This document shows, one piece after another, positions 50,807 to 63,264 of a stretch of DNA of 64,000 nucleotides; the stretch's first letter is position 1, and every line of letters begins with the position of its first letter. The notes beneath the pieces are model-generated. The model saw only the letters and a program-made list of their open reading frames with translations, was not told the origin of the DNA and made no database searches. The DNA comes from Phoronis australis (lineage: Eukaryota; Animalia; Phoronida), in contig NMRA01000429.1 of the NCBI GenBank assembly GCA_002633005.1, forward strand, positions 331,322 to 395,321, read 5' to 3'. The position numbers and the translations under genes were made by a program.

Positions 50807-53800
50807 AAGTGTGCGTGTGAGCGTGTGTGTGCGTGTTGAATAGATCAGGTTACTCATCAACTTAGTCCACAGTGAAGCATAATGTACTGTGTGCATAGCA
50901 GACAATAAGTGCTGACCACGTGTTTTTTAAGAAATGACGTACAAATATCGATCCATCTCGAGGGTGATATCAGGCCAATATGGCCTGAGACGCCCGAGAG
51001 ATTGGTCCATAATACAACTAATACTTTTTTCCTCTGATGTTTCATATCTTTTTAAATTCGGATGTCATTGCCTGCTTTAATGTATTCGCATTGTCTGTCA
51101 GGGCTCTACACTTTTATCCATCTGATTGGTCAGATTGTGAACAGGGACATTTGACGTCCTTGAGACAAGAATTTAAGTCTGACATTCCACAGCTAGGGTG
51201 GTCAACATTTAATCTTAACAGAAGCTATGATCATACTGCGCTTAAGCCAATCAGAGGACAGAGATACCAACAATCGCATTAATGGCTCTGCAGCCTTTCA
51301 TGCAGCTTCATATATCATGCTAGCATATCTCATCTTTAAAATCAATCACATGTCTGAATGATATGAATTTGCTGCTAAAATGACAGTAGTTGAGAAGACA
51401 GGAAATTAATGTTAAATCTCATGTCGTGATAACTAAGTCAAATCGAAGTTGCAAATTTCAAAAACAAATAATTCAAGTTTTCCACAATGAATCTATGTCG
51501 AAGCAATCCACATTTTTTGGTCCACTGCTCTACCATGACAAGTCACATACATGGACCAACAACGGGTTCCATCACAAAACGTGAAGCTTAGCAGTCACTT
51601 TTCAGACGGTATCTCTTATAACCAGCTGTTGGTCTGCTAACACGACTCACCTCTTTGGTTGGTTTCAGTTGGAATGTGGCACCAGCCCCATCTTCTACCT
51701 TCACTACCCCCACCTCCTCATGGTTGTGTAAGATCTAGAACCAACCAATAGATTTTCACACATGCCTGATTACAATCCAGGCAAATTATCCATTATTTTT
51801 AATTTAACTGCTTAAAATCACAAATTTCACATTAAAACACCAAAAAAATTTCATGATATTAAAACACCAAAAAAAAAAACAACCAAGTGACATCAGTCAA
51901 CCAGCTGTCAAATTAGAACATCTGCGAACACTATCTGAAGCCGTATTAATTAGCTGACCTCCAGGTACCAGCATGCAGCTTGTAACATTGCACTTAACAG
52001 TTAGAGGACCACAACCTGTTATCGATCCATCTCACAAAGCATGAGACAGAAGGGGAGCAAGTAACAATGGTGCAAACACCAACTGGTAGACCTCCACTCA
52101 TCCTAGCCATCCAAGTGATACCCAAACTGCATCACCATGACACTGAATACACCAGTGGCTACGATACTCACCACAGCTCTGTCGTTGACAGTTCCAGTCA
52201 GCACCAGTTTGAAGCCCAGCTTAATCTTGATTCTGTAGCAGATAAAGCCGTATCCCTGGCCTCCTCCGTTATTGATGTCCAACATCTCCATTGGCATCAC
52301 CTTGGACGTCATCACTGCACCCTGTAGAAGACAGACACGCTAGCCTTGAAGACATCAAACGTACTTTCAAAAATAATTTACCAGACAATGCCAAACCATG
52401 TACTTCAATAATAATCATACTCTAGTCCATAGCCAAACTTTGAGAAACTAAAAAATTAATGTACAAATGGGTGGTTAAATATCCCTTTAATTACGAAAAG
52501 AATCCAACGATTTTATTTCTGGCTCGGCATTCTCCACAACCTGTTTAGACTAATCACTGCACCAAGTTGTTTGAATTTTGTCGTGGTGATTTTGGCATTC
52601 TTGCATAGAGTTATAGTTAATTGCATCGAGTGTGAAAACCTGACGTGTGTAACGAACTTGAAGTATTGAGAGATTAGTCATTTCTTAAGCAAATTAGGAC
52701 AATTTCGATTTTTGGAACTGGTTCAGGGCATCTATTTCAAGAATTGGTATACAAACTCCCACATGGACATGGTCTTTTGAATACGTACATTAATTTTGTA
52801 ATTTTATTTCAATTGCGCTTGAACTTTCTGCTGTGAAGACCACTGTGGCTGACTCTGTAGCCACTAGCTATTTAATCAAAATCGAAAACAAGGACATGAA
52901 AGCTTAGAGAAAAATGTCAACATGTCGTGAACACATCCACTAAAACAAGAAACTGTAGGAGCACCGCATTTATCCACCTTCACTCTTATCAGGCTTCTAT
53001 TGTGAGTCAGCATGCGTGAATAATTGGCTGATAAGCCACCTCTGGAACTACTTTGGGCTGAATGGATGACCAGGCCATAAAATGATAATTAGCCAAGACC
53101 AGTTACTATAATGCAACAAAGAACAAGTAATAATGTCTTGCATCACCTAGCCTTGGTGGAAAGCTGTATACTGTATTGGCTCAAACAAACGCTTAGAAAA
53201 ATTCATTTCACGGGGAGGGGACGCTTATTGTAGTGAGCCTACGGCAGTTGAAACCCGGTTTCCCAAACGGGTAAAATCGGAAGCTAGGATTCATCAAATT
53301 TACGCTCTGTGACGTATTTGTAGCCTATGACAGCCTTTCTACAAAATTGTGGTGCATTGCTATCAACTTCCGTTGTTAAATTACGATAATTTTTCAAAAA
53401 ATTGTGCTCATCACAGGGCGAAAACTTGCCGACTGATGCGTCGCTGAATCGCGATCGTCAATAGGAAAACTTGTACTCTTGAATAAAAATATAGTTTCGA
53501 CTCAACAAATTACCTGAAATCTTCCTGATGTTTTACAATTTTTAAAGTTCCTGTGGAGTCCAGATTAATTGCGATTAAGTCCAAATGTGCGCTACATCGT
53601 ACTCCACAACACGAGAAAAATCTCTGGATGAACACACATGTTGTTGTCACGTGACGTTTGTTTTGAAGGTCGTCTGCGTATGAGAGTGAGTGAGCGTGCG
53701 TGTGCGGGTCATCGACGATAGACTTTTTTGTTACAAAAGGCGGAGGATTATGCAAGAAAATGGCGTTTACTAGATTGTTTTTCACTTAAACGGCTGTAAC

Positions 53801-55593
53801 GTGCAAGGTGAGTGCGCTCGCAGAGTCACATCTCGGAAGTTTCCGGTTTGACGGATGACAAAGAACGATCTCAATGAAATTACACAAAGTCGTTTTAGAG
53901 CTTGTAATAGCTATACAAAACGTATTTTGAGTATTAAAATGCATTTTTTCCAAAACCTAAATAACACACGGAGTAGTTCTACATTTATACAATCCTAACT
54001 TGGGTCCTATATTTTTGTATTCGTGCGCGCCGAATGAAAGTAATCGTGAGTGTTTCTGTGTTGCAAAATCTCTTATCCTGGGCCGATTTGAAAAATTCAA
54101 AGTTGTATTCGTATTTGTTTTCGCTCCTCTTTTCAAATATTACAGTAAAAACTACGTAAAATTCTCTCCATAAAAAGTACAGTTGTTAGGCTAGACTGTA
54201 ATCAGCTGATCATATCCGCATGAGCGAAGTCAATTATCCTCGCTCGTGACTCGATGAATAGAGCAGCTTGGCGGCATCCCTTTGAGCATGAGCCGAGCGC
54301 GTCTCAGCCAAGGTGGATAAATACGGTCTAGTTCAATTTTCCATACCCCGCCGTTTACCTTAAACACCGGGGTTAGAACCAATTTTATTTAGTGGGAATG
54401 TTCATAGCATGAAATAAGGTGATGAACTATTACACTTGACCAAGCTTGGTCAAATTTAGCTATTAATATGTTGGTGCATTTGTGTTAGAATGGTCCTATC
54501 TTCATGGGCGGCGTACCATAGGGGGCTGGGGGAAGGGCTATAGCCCCCCACTTTTTTCAGTGCTGCACAGCCCATGGTATATGGACTGTGCACCACAGGG
54601 GGGATGGGGGGCTTTAACCTCCCCACTTTTTTCAGTGATCTTTAGTGTACAAATACATGCATGAAGGTAGTCAAGAGGGACCATTAGTCCACATATGCTC
54701 TCGTGCAGAATGCAGATTTTTGCTCTAATACAATTGAAGCTTTAAAAAAGCCTCTAGTCATTAGTGCCACCTAGTGTACAAAAAGTCATCGTTGTCAAAC
54801 TTTGTGTTTCTGTTTTTTAAACATATTTTTATGCATGAAATAATAAGTGATTTGCTGTGGACGACTTTAGTTGAGTACATGGCAAGCCTGCAGACCTTTT
54901 AGCAGATTTGAACGAAACATTGCACTTAAATTTGGATCTATAGGTGAGCCTGTCATCTCACATTTATGACATTCCTTTTGACAATGAAGACATCGACGTC
55001 AAACATGGAAACTTATGACTACAATTATTTTAAAATGGAACTTTGAGAGCTGATATTGCTGTTTGGGGGTAAATTAAAAATTTGAGACACAGTTCCCTGC
55101 TACAGTTTGAACACAAAGTCGCCCATATTGCAGGCTTTCTAGGTGTATATTAAATGAAAAATACAAATACCACAGAAATGCTGGCAGCGTGGTTGCAAGC
55201 AATTGTGTGAGGTTCTAAAGGTTGAAGATGGACAGTCAAAGGGTAATTTGCCAATTGTGTGAGGTTCTAAAGGTTGAAGATGGACAGTCAAAGGGTAATT
55301 TGCCAATTGTGTGAGGTTCTAAGTGTTGAGGATGGACAGTCATAGGGTTATTTACCAATTGATACATTGGACTTTATAAAGGTTGACAGTTACCTCAAAT
55401 CCACGCCAGTCAATACTAGACTAACTAGGACATGGTCTAGCAGGCATTGTTATCGATACTGCGTAGACTTAGGTCTGATCCGAACTAACCTGAACATGCT
55501 CCAGCATGGTGTTGAAGTGAATCAGTGACTCTATGTCAATACTAGGATAGGCTTTCGTCTGCACTGGGGTTCCTGGGATGCTGCCTAAAGGCC
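44991..55593 (-). CDS. GLB1L2: Beta-galactosidase-1-like protein (GH35, GLB1L2/3-like), C-terminal exons
   Basis: Phase-consistent exons in transcript order: 55490-55593, 52172-52321, 51651-51734, [49771-49861 or 48708-48798], 47291-47502, 46156-46272, 44991-45059 (TAA). Motifs [63 protein letters not shown] and IVFE. Exact paralogue is uncertain. Confidence 0.9.
45340..45780 (-). mobile_element. Non-LTR retrotransposon 3' fragment in the last GLB1-like intron
   Basis: [10 protein letters not shown]...[18 protein letters not shown]; same family as 12205-12600. Confidence 0.75.
46156..46272 (-). CDS. GLB1-like exon ([39 protein letters not shown])
   Basis: Canonical GH35 C-terminal motif; ttttag acceptor and gtgagt donor. 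Confidence 0.92.
47291..47502 (-). CDS. GLB1-like exon ([21 protein letters not shown]...DTFLDMR)
   Basis: tttcag acceptor, gt donor, phase 1-0. Confidence 0.88.
48708..48798 (-). CDS. GLB1-like alternative exon B ([31 protein letters not shown])
   Basis: 91 nt, phase 0-1, caacag acceptor and gtaac donor. Confidence 0.85.
49138..49263. mobile_element. About 130-bp MITE lying between the two alternative exons
   Basis: tcagtaatgctaggacctcgctaa/ttagcgaggtcctagcgctactga inverted repeat; same family as 10270-10408. Confidence 0.7.
49771..49861 (-). CDS. GLB1-like alternative exon A ([31 protein letters not shown])
   Basis: 91 nt, phase 0-1, ctttcaag acceptor and gtagtg donor. Paralogous to 48708-48798. 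Not in the ORF track. Confidence 0.8.
50768..50836. repeat. (TG)n microsatellite
   Basis: Read directly from the sequence. Confidence 0.9.
51651..51734 (-). CDS. GLB1-like exon ([28 protein letters not shown])
   Basis: 84 nt, ttctag acceptor and gtgagt donor, phase 0-0, in the expected position. Confidence 0.75.
52172..52321 (-). CDS. GLB1-like exon ([29 protein letters not shown]...VNDRAV)
   Basis: 150 nt, ctacag acceptor and gtgagt donor; GLB1L2/3-type motif. Confidence 0.88.
52962..54330. mobile_element. Probable non-autonomous DNA transposon in a GLB1-like intron
   Basis: accgcatttatccacctt (about 52964) is inverted as aaggtggataaatacggt (about 54310); the interior is CpG-richer than the flanks. 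Confidence 0.45.
55200..55361. repeat. 52-bp tandem repeat, about 3 copies
   Basis: aattgtgtgaggttctaa... units at 55201, 55253 and 55305. Confidence 0.9.
55490..55593 (-). CDS. GLB1-like linker exon ([35 protein letters not shown])
   Basis: ctgcag acceptor and gttagt donor. Pro-rich plus KAY pattern expected just after the GH35 barrel; joins the next exon in phase 0. Confidence 0.7.
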
Positions 55594-56165
55594 CTGCAGT
55601 AGAATGCTCAAGGTTAGGTTGAAGGCATGTCTGCAGTAAAATGACTGTTAATGCTAAAACTATAAGCGGACATGCACTGGAATACCAATCATTTTTGCAT
55701 ACATTGAAAGCAGGCTTGCAAATGCTAGGAATTTTCAAAGGTGTGGACAAGTTATTCATCGAAACTTGAAGTTTTGATTTAGTATAAATTTATCTTATAA
55801 ATTCAAAAATGCATTTTACCCGAAAGGCAATACATCCAGAAAAAGGACGACATGACTTTTGAGAAAGCTTGTAAAACGACTTTAATATTCAATAACCACA
55901 TGGCATTGTCCATGATTTCCTGTACACCATCAGCACAAAGTCTTAATCCCTGTAAGTGAGCACTTCCTTGAAGGTATGTTGAGCACTGTTTAGTTAATAC
56001 GGCAATTATCATGGGACGCCCCATTTCACACAATGGTGAGTTTCAAATGTCTTGATTGGATTTTACAGCAAACCGTGACAAGTTGTCTTGTTTTCCATGG
56101 TTATACAGCGGTTGGAATGAAGGCACTATTCTTGGCTGAAATCACTCGCTTCTTATTTCATCTTA

Positions 56166-56344
56166 GGGCTGTTCCAGCAAAATCTGTATGGGAGGGGGGG
56201 AAGGCACTTTTATTTCGTACCCACCGCCCATATTTTTCATTTATTTCTCCAACCCATGACCCATAATTTTTTTAATTATTTTTATTAGGTTAAAATATAA
56301 AATCCAACACTTGCAAACAAATTGCCTCCAGGAGGACCTGTTAA
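56166..56344 (+). mobile_element. Left end of a PIF/Harbinger MITE, cut at an N
   Basis: Near-identical to 57499-57675; preceded by TTA. Confidence 0.7.
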
Positions 56345-57498
56345 NGTCATCCAGAAGTCGACCAGCATCGCCCAGCCTGGAGGTAACTATTGTGTTCAAG
56401 TTAATATGACATTTAAAAGGAACTACTGCACCTGTTTACTTTAAACAGTAACAGCACATGCAGGGCATTGCTTCAGTACTAAAAGTCATTTGTCAGTCAG
56501 GAAATCAGATTTTCTCCCTCGTAACTCTTCAGGCTTTGTTATAAAGATATTTTTGCCAATAATTTGTTAACTCTTAATAATTGGGCTTGGCTACCAGAAT
56601 GTAAGGAAACATGTATTCTTTGAAAAAGTGTGCACCACGACAATTAAATAACCAAGTCTTATCTAGGTTCATGATCTGCTTTTGTTCTTTTTCAGAGTCC
56701 AGCCCGTAGAACCAGGACAATTTTAACTTATTTCTCTCCAAAAACGCAGAAGAAAAAGGACTGATTACTCGAGCTTACTGACAAAGAGCAGTTCATTAAT
56801 GTTGATGGCATTCTCAATAACTTTCTGCTCCTCTTCCTCGTTAGGAGTTTCATCAATATTGTAGTGACCACTTGTCATTCAGCCATCACGGCACTTAACA
56901 ATAAAGGCTGAGTGGCTGTCTCTTAGAAATAGTAAGTACAACGATAGGTTTCATTCTTCTTTCAAAATAAGGGATCGTTTCATTCCATTAAAGAGAATTA
57001 CTGAAAGAAGTGTATATGTTAGTACCAAAAATGGTTTTATTTTTATTAATAAAATGACATGGAATCATCACCTTGTTTTTTATACTAAATGGCTGCTTGA
57101 TGATGAAAGTCAAATCAGAGTGTATCAATACGTACAACAATATACATGATCAAGATGATTGAAGTATCAAAGTTTTGGTAAAATGTACTACTTGTCCAGT
57201 CTTGACACCAGCACATTTGACCAGCATTAGTGCCTACAGCACGTAAAATCACTACCTGGGCAAAATAAGAGGCAAGTGATGCAGCTTGTCTAAATACACA
57301 ACAAGAATAGTAAAGAATTTCAACTTCCTGCGAAGGTATCAAGATGAGCAAATGAGACCCCCAAGCAACTAGTTGCCTTATTGTTAATGCTACACAATAC
57401 AAACAAAGACCTTACAAGGCTAGGATTCACTATATGCAATACCACGAAACAAAGAAGGCCTCGCATACACACACACATGCAAACTGAACAATTACTTA

Positions 57499-58335
57499 GG
57501 GCTGTTCCAGCAAAATCTGCATGAGAGGGGGGAAGGCACTTTTATTTCGTACCCACCGCCCATATTTTTCATTTATTTCTCCAACCCATGACCCATAATT
57601 TTTTATTTATTTTTAATAGGTTAAAATATAAAATCCAACACTTGCAAACAAATTGCTTCCAGGAGGACCTGTTAAGAACTTAGATGATTGACAGACAGGA
57701 ACTAGTTGTCTTGTCCAATATTGTCAAAAACTAAAATAGCCTGTGAGCAATACTTTTGGCAGCCACCAGGTGTCTCTGTTCACCATGTGTCTATAATTTC
57801 AATGAACATTTTTTCAATTATAAGGATCTATGAATCTCAAACTGTCTCCACAAACTTTTTTATACTTCTATGTCAAGTGAATATTGGAACTTGTTTATCT
57901 TACTCCTCATACTTTGTATTTAAAAGTCATCAATTTTCTTATATGTGTTAACACCAGTTTAGTGTTGCATAACTTTTCAATTCAATAGGACTGCAAACAA
58001 ACAGTTGGCTCAAATCAAGTTGCCCATGACTTGATTAATGGCTTAGTGAACATATTGCACTCTGTTCACTGGCAATATGGGCTTTTTTGTATTGGGATAA
58101 GTTAGGATATATGCCAATTGCATTTTTTTGAGTTTTGATTTCTTTGAAGATGTGTTGGGCTGAAGTAACCAACTTGTCAACATTAACAGGTCAAAAAATA
58201 CCACCCATTTTTAATGCATCACTTCCTACAGGAACGACCACCCATAATTTGAGTTTTTTTCTGAAGACCACCACCCATGAATTTTTATTTCTACTGCTGT
58301 CCCCCCCTCCCACACGGATTTTACTGGAACAGCCC
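57499..58335. mobile_element. PIF/Harbinger-type MITE, 837 bp
   Basis: TIRs GGGCTGTTCCAGCAAAATC/GATTTTACTGGAACAGCCC with a TTA target duplication on both sides. Confidence 0.8.
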
Positions 58336-59830
58336 TTACACGTTTATGGCCACAAAATTTTTATCACAAAAATGCCATACCGATGACTTAATTGGATGCA
58401 CAAATGAAACTTACGTGGCACTATAAGAAAAAGTGGACAGTTGTTACCGAAGTCTGGATACGTCCCTTCACTAAACTTCTCCGAAAGTGGGCTTGACTCG
58501 ACATAAGCCTTTTCAACATGAGTTGCACTCTTGGAAATAGGTCAAGCCAAAATTGCAAACTTCAAAATGGGTAGTTGTTAGCAACCAATCTTCCCGTTAA
58601 AACAATCAACCCGTTCACTCAATGCTTTCATCATGTGTAATTTGTAACCCAAACTCCTCATTAAAAAATGAAACAAAATGATTCCACCACAAAGCATGTA
58701 CCAAAATAACAGTTAACAAAGATGTTGCTTTAAGTGCCACCCATCACATCGATTTTGGTTAATATAAAGCACCCGCTATGAAGATTGAAAAATTTCACTA
58801 AAACACTCGAAGTGTTCAGTGACACTAGCACTGATTTTCCTTTTATTTCTCAATTTACGTGTCCTGAGCAGACAAAGAGGTAACTTGCCTTCACAGTTCA
58901 AATTTGATAGACAAAATTTTACACGATGCACCTATGGTACCCACAGGGCTAAAAGATCGTTAGATCACCAAGTGAAATGCGGTGACTGACACCAGTAGCA
59001 TGGATTAATTTAGAAAAACAGGATTATGGGTAATTCACACATTGGGACTTGTGGGTTTATTCTGTTCTTTCCTCTTAAATGTGTTTTGATGGCAGCATCT
59101 TATGCGTGTGAGTTTGGCAGTTACCCAGGTACCTTACACAACTGTTGATGGGTCTAAACACTAACTGCATTCAGTTTTTAAAACCGAACACTAAATCCAC
59201 AGTTGGAACCTGCATTTTCATAATATACAGGCTCATTAGAACCAGGTAGGACGTGGACGGTGGACCCCAAAAAATTGCAATATCCATGGAGACTGCAATG
59301 ATAGCAACTGGAGGTGACACAAAGTTATAATTTGTCCAAGTACCCACAATAATTTTATATTCTTGAGAGCATGGTAAATAAGACCCGTCCCTGGCATCGT
59401 GTTTTATACTTGATCAGACATTGTCGAACAATTAGATTAGTTTTGTCTGAATTGTCATTGTGTTATAATATGAATCCAATGCATTTTATTCTATGGCAAA
59501 ACAAAAAGGACACAATATTAATGTCATTTTGCCAGAGTTTAGCAAGTACAGTGAGTGAATGAATTTTTTATGCACCAATGACACAGTGCACACTCCTAAA
59601 ATCCTTGAGCTAAAAACAAAATTTCAAAATAAAATTTATTGTCTACCGTAGTTACAGTAACTGGCGATATAGGGAAGAATTTCAAGGATTTCGTGCATCC
59701 AACTGATGTGCGTGACTCGTTTAACAGAATGAAACTGCACTATTGTAGTAAAGATGCACTCAAATATTTGAACAATGTTCAGCTGATTGAAGGCATTTTT
59801 ACAGAATTTGTTATTTTACATAGCATTTCT

Positions 59831-62372
59831 TTAACTGCCCTCTAGTGCCGTCAAATAGTCTATAGACATTTGCTTGAACTTCCCCAGACCGTCTAGTTCA
59901 ATGTCTACTTCTTTGGCTCGTTCATCCCATTGCCGCATACGCAAGATCTCCTTGAACCGGGGTGACCTCTCAAATGACTCCGCCTCATCTGGAGTCATGG
60001 GTCCTCCCTGATGGACCAACGTTCGCTTACTGGCATCAGATAACCCTTAAAAACAGATCAGAGATAGATTTCTGGGTACCAAAGCTAATGATAAGCGCAT
60101 CACAAGAATTGATTTTGTTGATCTTTTTTCTTAGTTGCATGTTGTTAAAACTACACAATCAGGCTGCTTCAATTTACAGCAAGATCATGCAGAACAGCAA
60201 ATGTTATTTTATCAAATTTCTTAACAAAAATACATAGGAACAAAACTTGATTTCATTGCTAGGCCAGTCAGCCTGTTTGAATTGTATAAATAATATCAAT
60301 CTGGACAAGGACAATTTCAAAGAATTATAGCAGAAAACAGACAACTTCACCTAATCATAGCTTAGCATTAGTTTTACTTTTAACAAATTTAACTTATACA
60401 AGAGCAACGCGGAGCGTTGAAATGCGCCCACGATTGCATCGCAAATGGTTTACTTTTATTTGTATCATAACAATGGCCACTAGATGGCGTAAAAACGTAC
60501 AATCCATCCAAAAATGGGAACATGCCATATTTCATAAAAACCTGTCAAGGAACCCCAGAGAACCAAAGGAAAACACAACAAAATGAAAGTGCCACTTGTG
60601 GGCACAGCGTCCGTTCGATCCGCGCCTGAAAGTCTTGGTCTGTAATCTTCATATAAATTCACTTACTAAATTTAATAAAGATCCTGCAGTGGTTTTTTGG
60701 AGATACAGCTATGGGCGCAAAACAAAACTACCACTAGGCGGCGCCACAGTAGTCAATCACCATCATCAAACGTCCTCTTCACACTGAATACATATACGCC
60801 AATTTTCAAAACCATCCCTAGAATGATTTGATTGATCGAGGGGTGGACGCCAAAAACAAGATTTGAAAACAGCAAAAATGACCACCAGGTGGTGCAAAAT
60901 ACCTCAATTCCATCCAAAAACAGGATGATAGCGTCGTCTCACCAATAGATGCCTATATTCAAAACTTAATGAAAATCAGTTGAAGATACAGACCGCTAGG
61001 GGGCACACCAGTAGTCAGATCCGTCCGAAAGTCGTCGCCATCCGTTGTCAAAATCATATAAATATACTTGTTAAACTAAGTAAAGATGCTGCAAACAGTT
61101 TAGGAGATACAGCTATGAGCACAAAAAAAAACAAAAATGCCACTAGGAGGTGCGGCCACAGTAGTCAAAGTCATCGGAAAATCATCGTCAGCCATCCACT
61201 TCAAAGTAAGAACATATATGCCAATTTTAACAATCATCCTTTGAGCGGTTTGGTTGATAGAGCGGCGGACGCAAAAAAACAGACTCGAAAACAGTAAACC
61301 TGGCCACTAGGTGGTGCAAACTACGTCGAATCCATCTCAAAACGGGAGGATAGCATGATCTCACTAATAGATGCCTATATACCAAATTTTATGAAAATTC
61401 GCTCAGGACTGAAGATACAGAGGTAAACGTAAAAAACTAAAATTGCCACTAGGGGGCACAATGGTAGTCGGATCCGTCCGAAAGTTCGCTCATGCTGTCC
61501 CATCCATGGAAGAAACACATGCGCAAAATTTCATGACCATACGTCAAGGCATTTTGGAGATAGAGCAGCAGACGCCACACGGATGGACGGACATATATAA
61601 CGACATAATGCGTCCACATATAAATACATGGGCGCATAAAAATTAGCCTCGAATTCTTGCTTACTTAAAATACAGGTAGTTGCAGGGCTAGGGATGACCT
61701 GGCAGTTCGCTATTGCTTGATGTAGGTTAATAAATATGGCAAGAGTAGCCTCAGCAAAACAACGAACTGACATCTCCACTGATCCTAAACTAAGTAACCA
61801 GCAATCTATAACCATTATTATAACAGGAAATGACCTTTCAAACGTTAGGTGGTGCACAGGAGCTGTTCAGGAGCTGACAACACAAAAACTTTTAATTTGA
61901 AACACTTTTTTTCCTTTAGTCAAGTTGGAAGTAATTTCAAAGCTTCTAAAGAACTGACAGTTTGTTATTGCTTGAGAATAGCCTGTACAATTTGGGTTGT
62001 CATGGCGCGTCATCTTATGTGCAGACTGCAGTCTCAAGCAATAACAAACTGTGAGTTCTTTGGCCCAGAAATCACTTCTCTACTGAGTAAGGAATAAGTC
62101 GAAATCAATCTTATAGTAGAATGGGTGACCTAAATTAAAATTTCCCTTCTTCGACGAATGTGGGTTTATAAGTTGCCCTAAAAGATACTGCCTTGTGACG
62201 CATATCAAAAGAATGCCGGGTTTCATGTTTAGTTTAGTCACTCACTGTTGTAGTAGTCTTTGTCTTTAAACACCAGGTAGCGCTTTGCATTCACATGACC
62301 TCTCACAATGTCTGTAACTTCGAGGGGAAAACCAAGTTCTTGAAGGAAGGACTCACCTAGGACATCATGATT
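59831..62372 (-). CDS. phnZ: PhnZ/TmpB-like HD-domain diiron oxygenase (2-amino-1-hydroxyethylphosphonate dioxygenase-like), last two exons
   Basis: Exon 62246-62372 (NHDVLGESFLQELGFP...VRGHVNAKRYL...YYN) splices in phase 1 to 59831-60045 (RLSDASKRTLVHQGGPMTPDEAESFE...LRMRQWDERAK...*). HVxAKRYL, LSxAS..L..QGG and WDxxAK are PhnZ-family signatures. The upstream HD exon(s) were not found in the window. Confidence 0.85.
60398..61642 (-). mobile_element. HINE/DINE-1-like element in the phnZ-like intron
   Basis: Reverse complement of the 39476-40549 architecture: hairpin caacgc-gga-gcgttg, subTIRs atgcgccca/tgggcgcat, ggatggacggac tract and internal repeats. Confidence 0.72.
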
Positions 62373-63264
62373 CTAGAAAAAACATCCAGAGAAAATACAT
62401 CTGTGTTTGATCTTCTGTGAAGATCAGTGATCTTTTGAAGACTGTGATAGCAGTGGAATTAGTCTCTTCAGAGACTGAAAGAAATCCACTGCGTGCATTG
62501 CAAATGATAAAGAAGCAAGGGGTGATCATTTTTAGAAATATTTCAACGATGAGTCAGATCCATCTGAAAATCAACATATGTTGTACAGACTTCCAACACT
62601 AGGAACACAAATGACAAACTTTACGACTACAGCTACTCGTGACAGCATTATCGTTATGTAATCCGTCATGAACAAAATTGCATGACTAATCTGTACAGGA
62701 GCACGCGGCTCAACACTCATCACCCACTTAGTTATTTTCTCACTTTTCCCTTAGATAAACAATGCCAATAGTGCATACATTGTGCATCTGCAGAAAAATA
62801 CCAAAACCTGATTGACTTACTTGAATAGTGAGGTCACGCTGAATTCATCGTTGTTAGAAAAATGGTAATTGTGGGTGGACTTTTTTGGTTTAAAAACCAT
62901 TCTTAACTGATTTTTTTTTCATGCTAGTAACGGATCAGACAATATCCAATTCCAACGCCAAGTGGGTGTTGTGTTGTTTACCAGCGATGCTTGGAAGCAG
63001 GCTACATCTTATGAATACTGTGGTGCATCAATCATATCCAGTTTTGCTTTCATGGATATCTATCAAAGAACTTGGTAGATATTGAAGCAGATGCTAAGAA
63101 ATTTAAAAGTGTCACAAGGAAGCATTACTGCAGAACAGTTCCAAAATTAACTTCAGTCATGCTCTCCTTAAAAGGAACTCATTTTCTAAACTTTCACGAT
63201 AATGCTTCACTGGCAAGCAGTTCAAATATGGAGGCAGATGCTAAAAACAGACACCAAGATGACA

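Noticed and set aside
59831-62372. Bacterial contamination as the source of the phnZ-like sequence
   Set aside because: The coding sequence is split by a canonical GT-AG intron containing a host repeat found elsewhere in the window.
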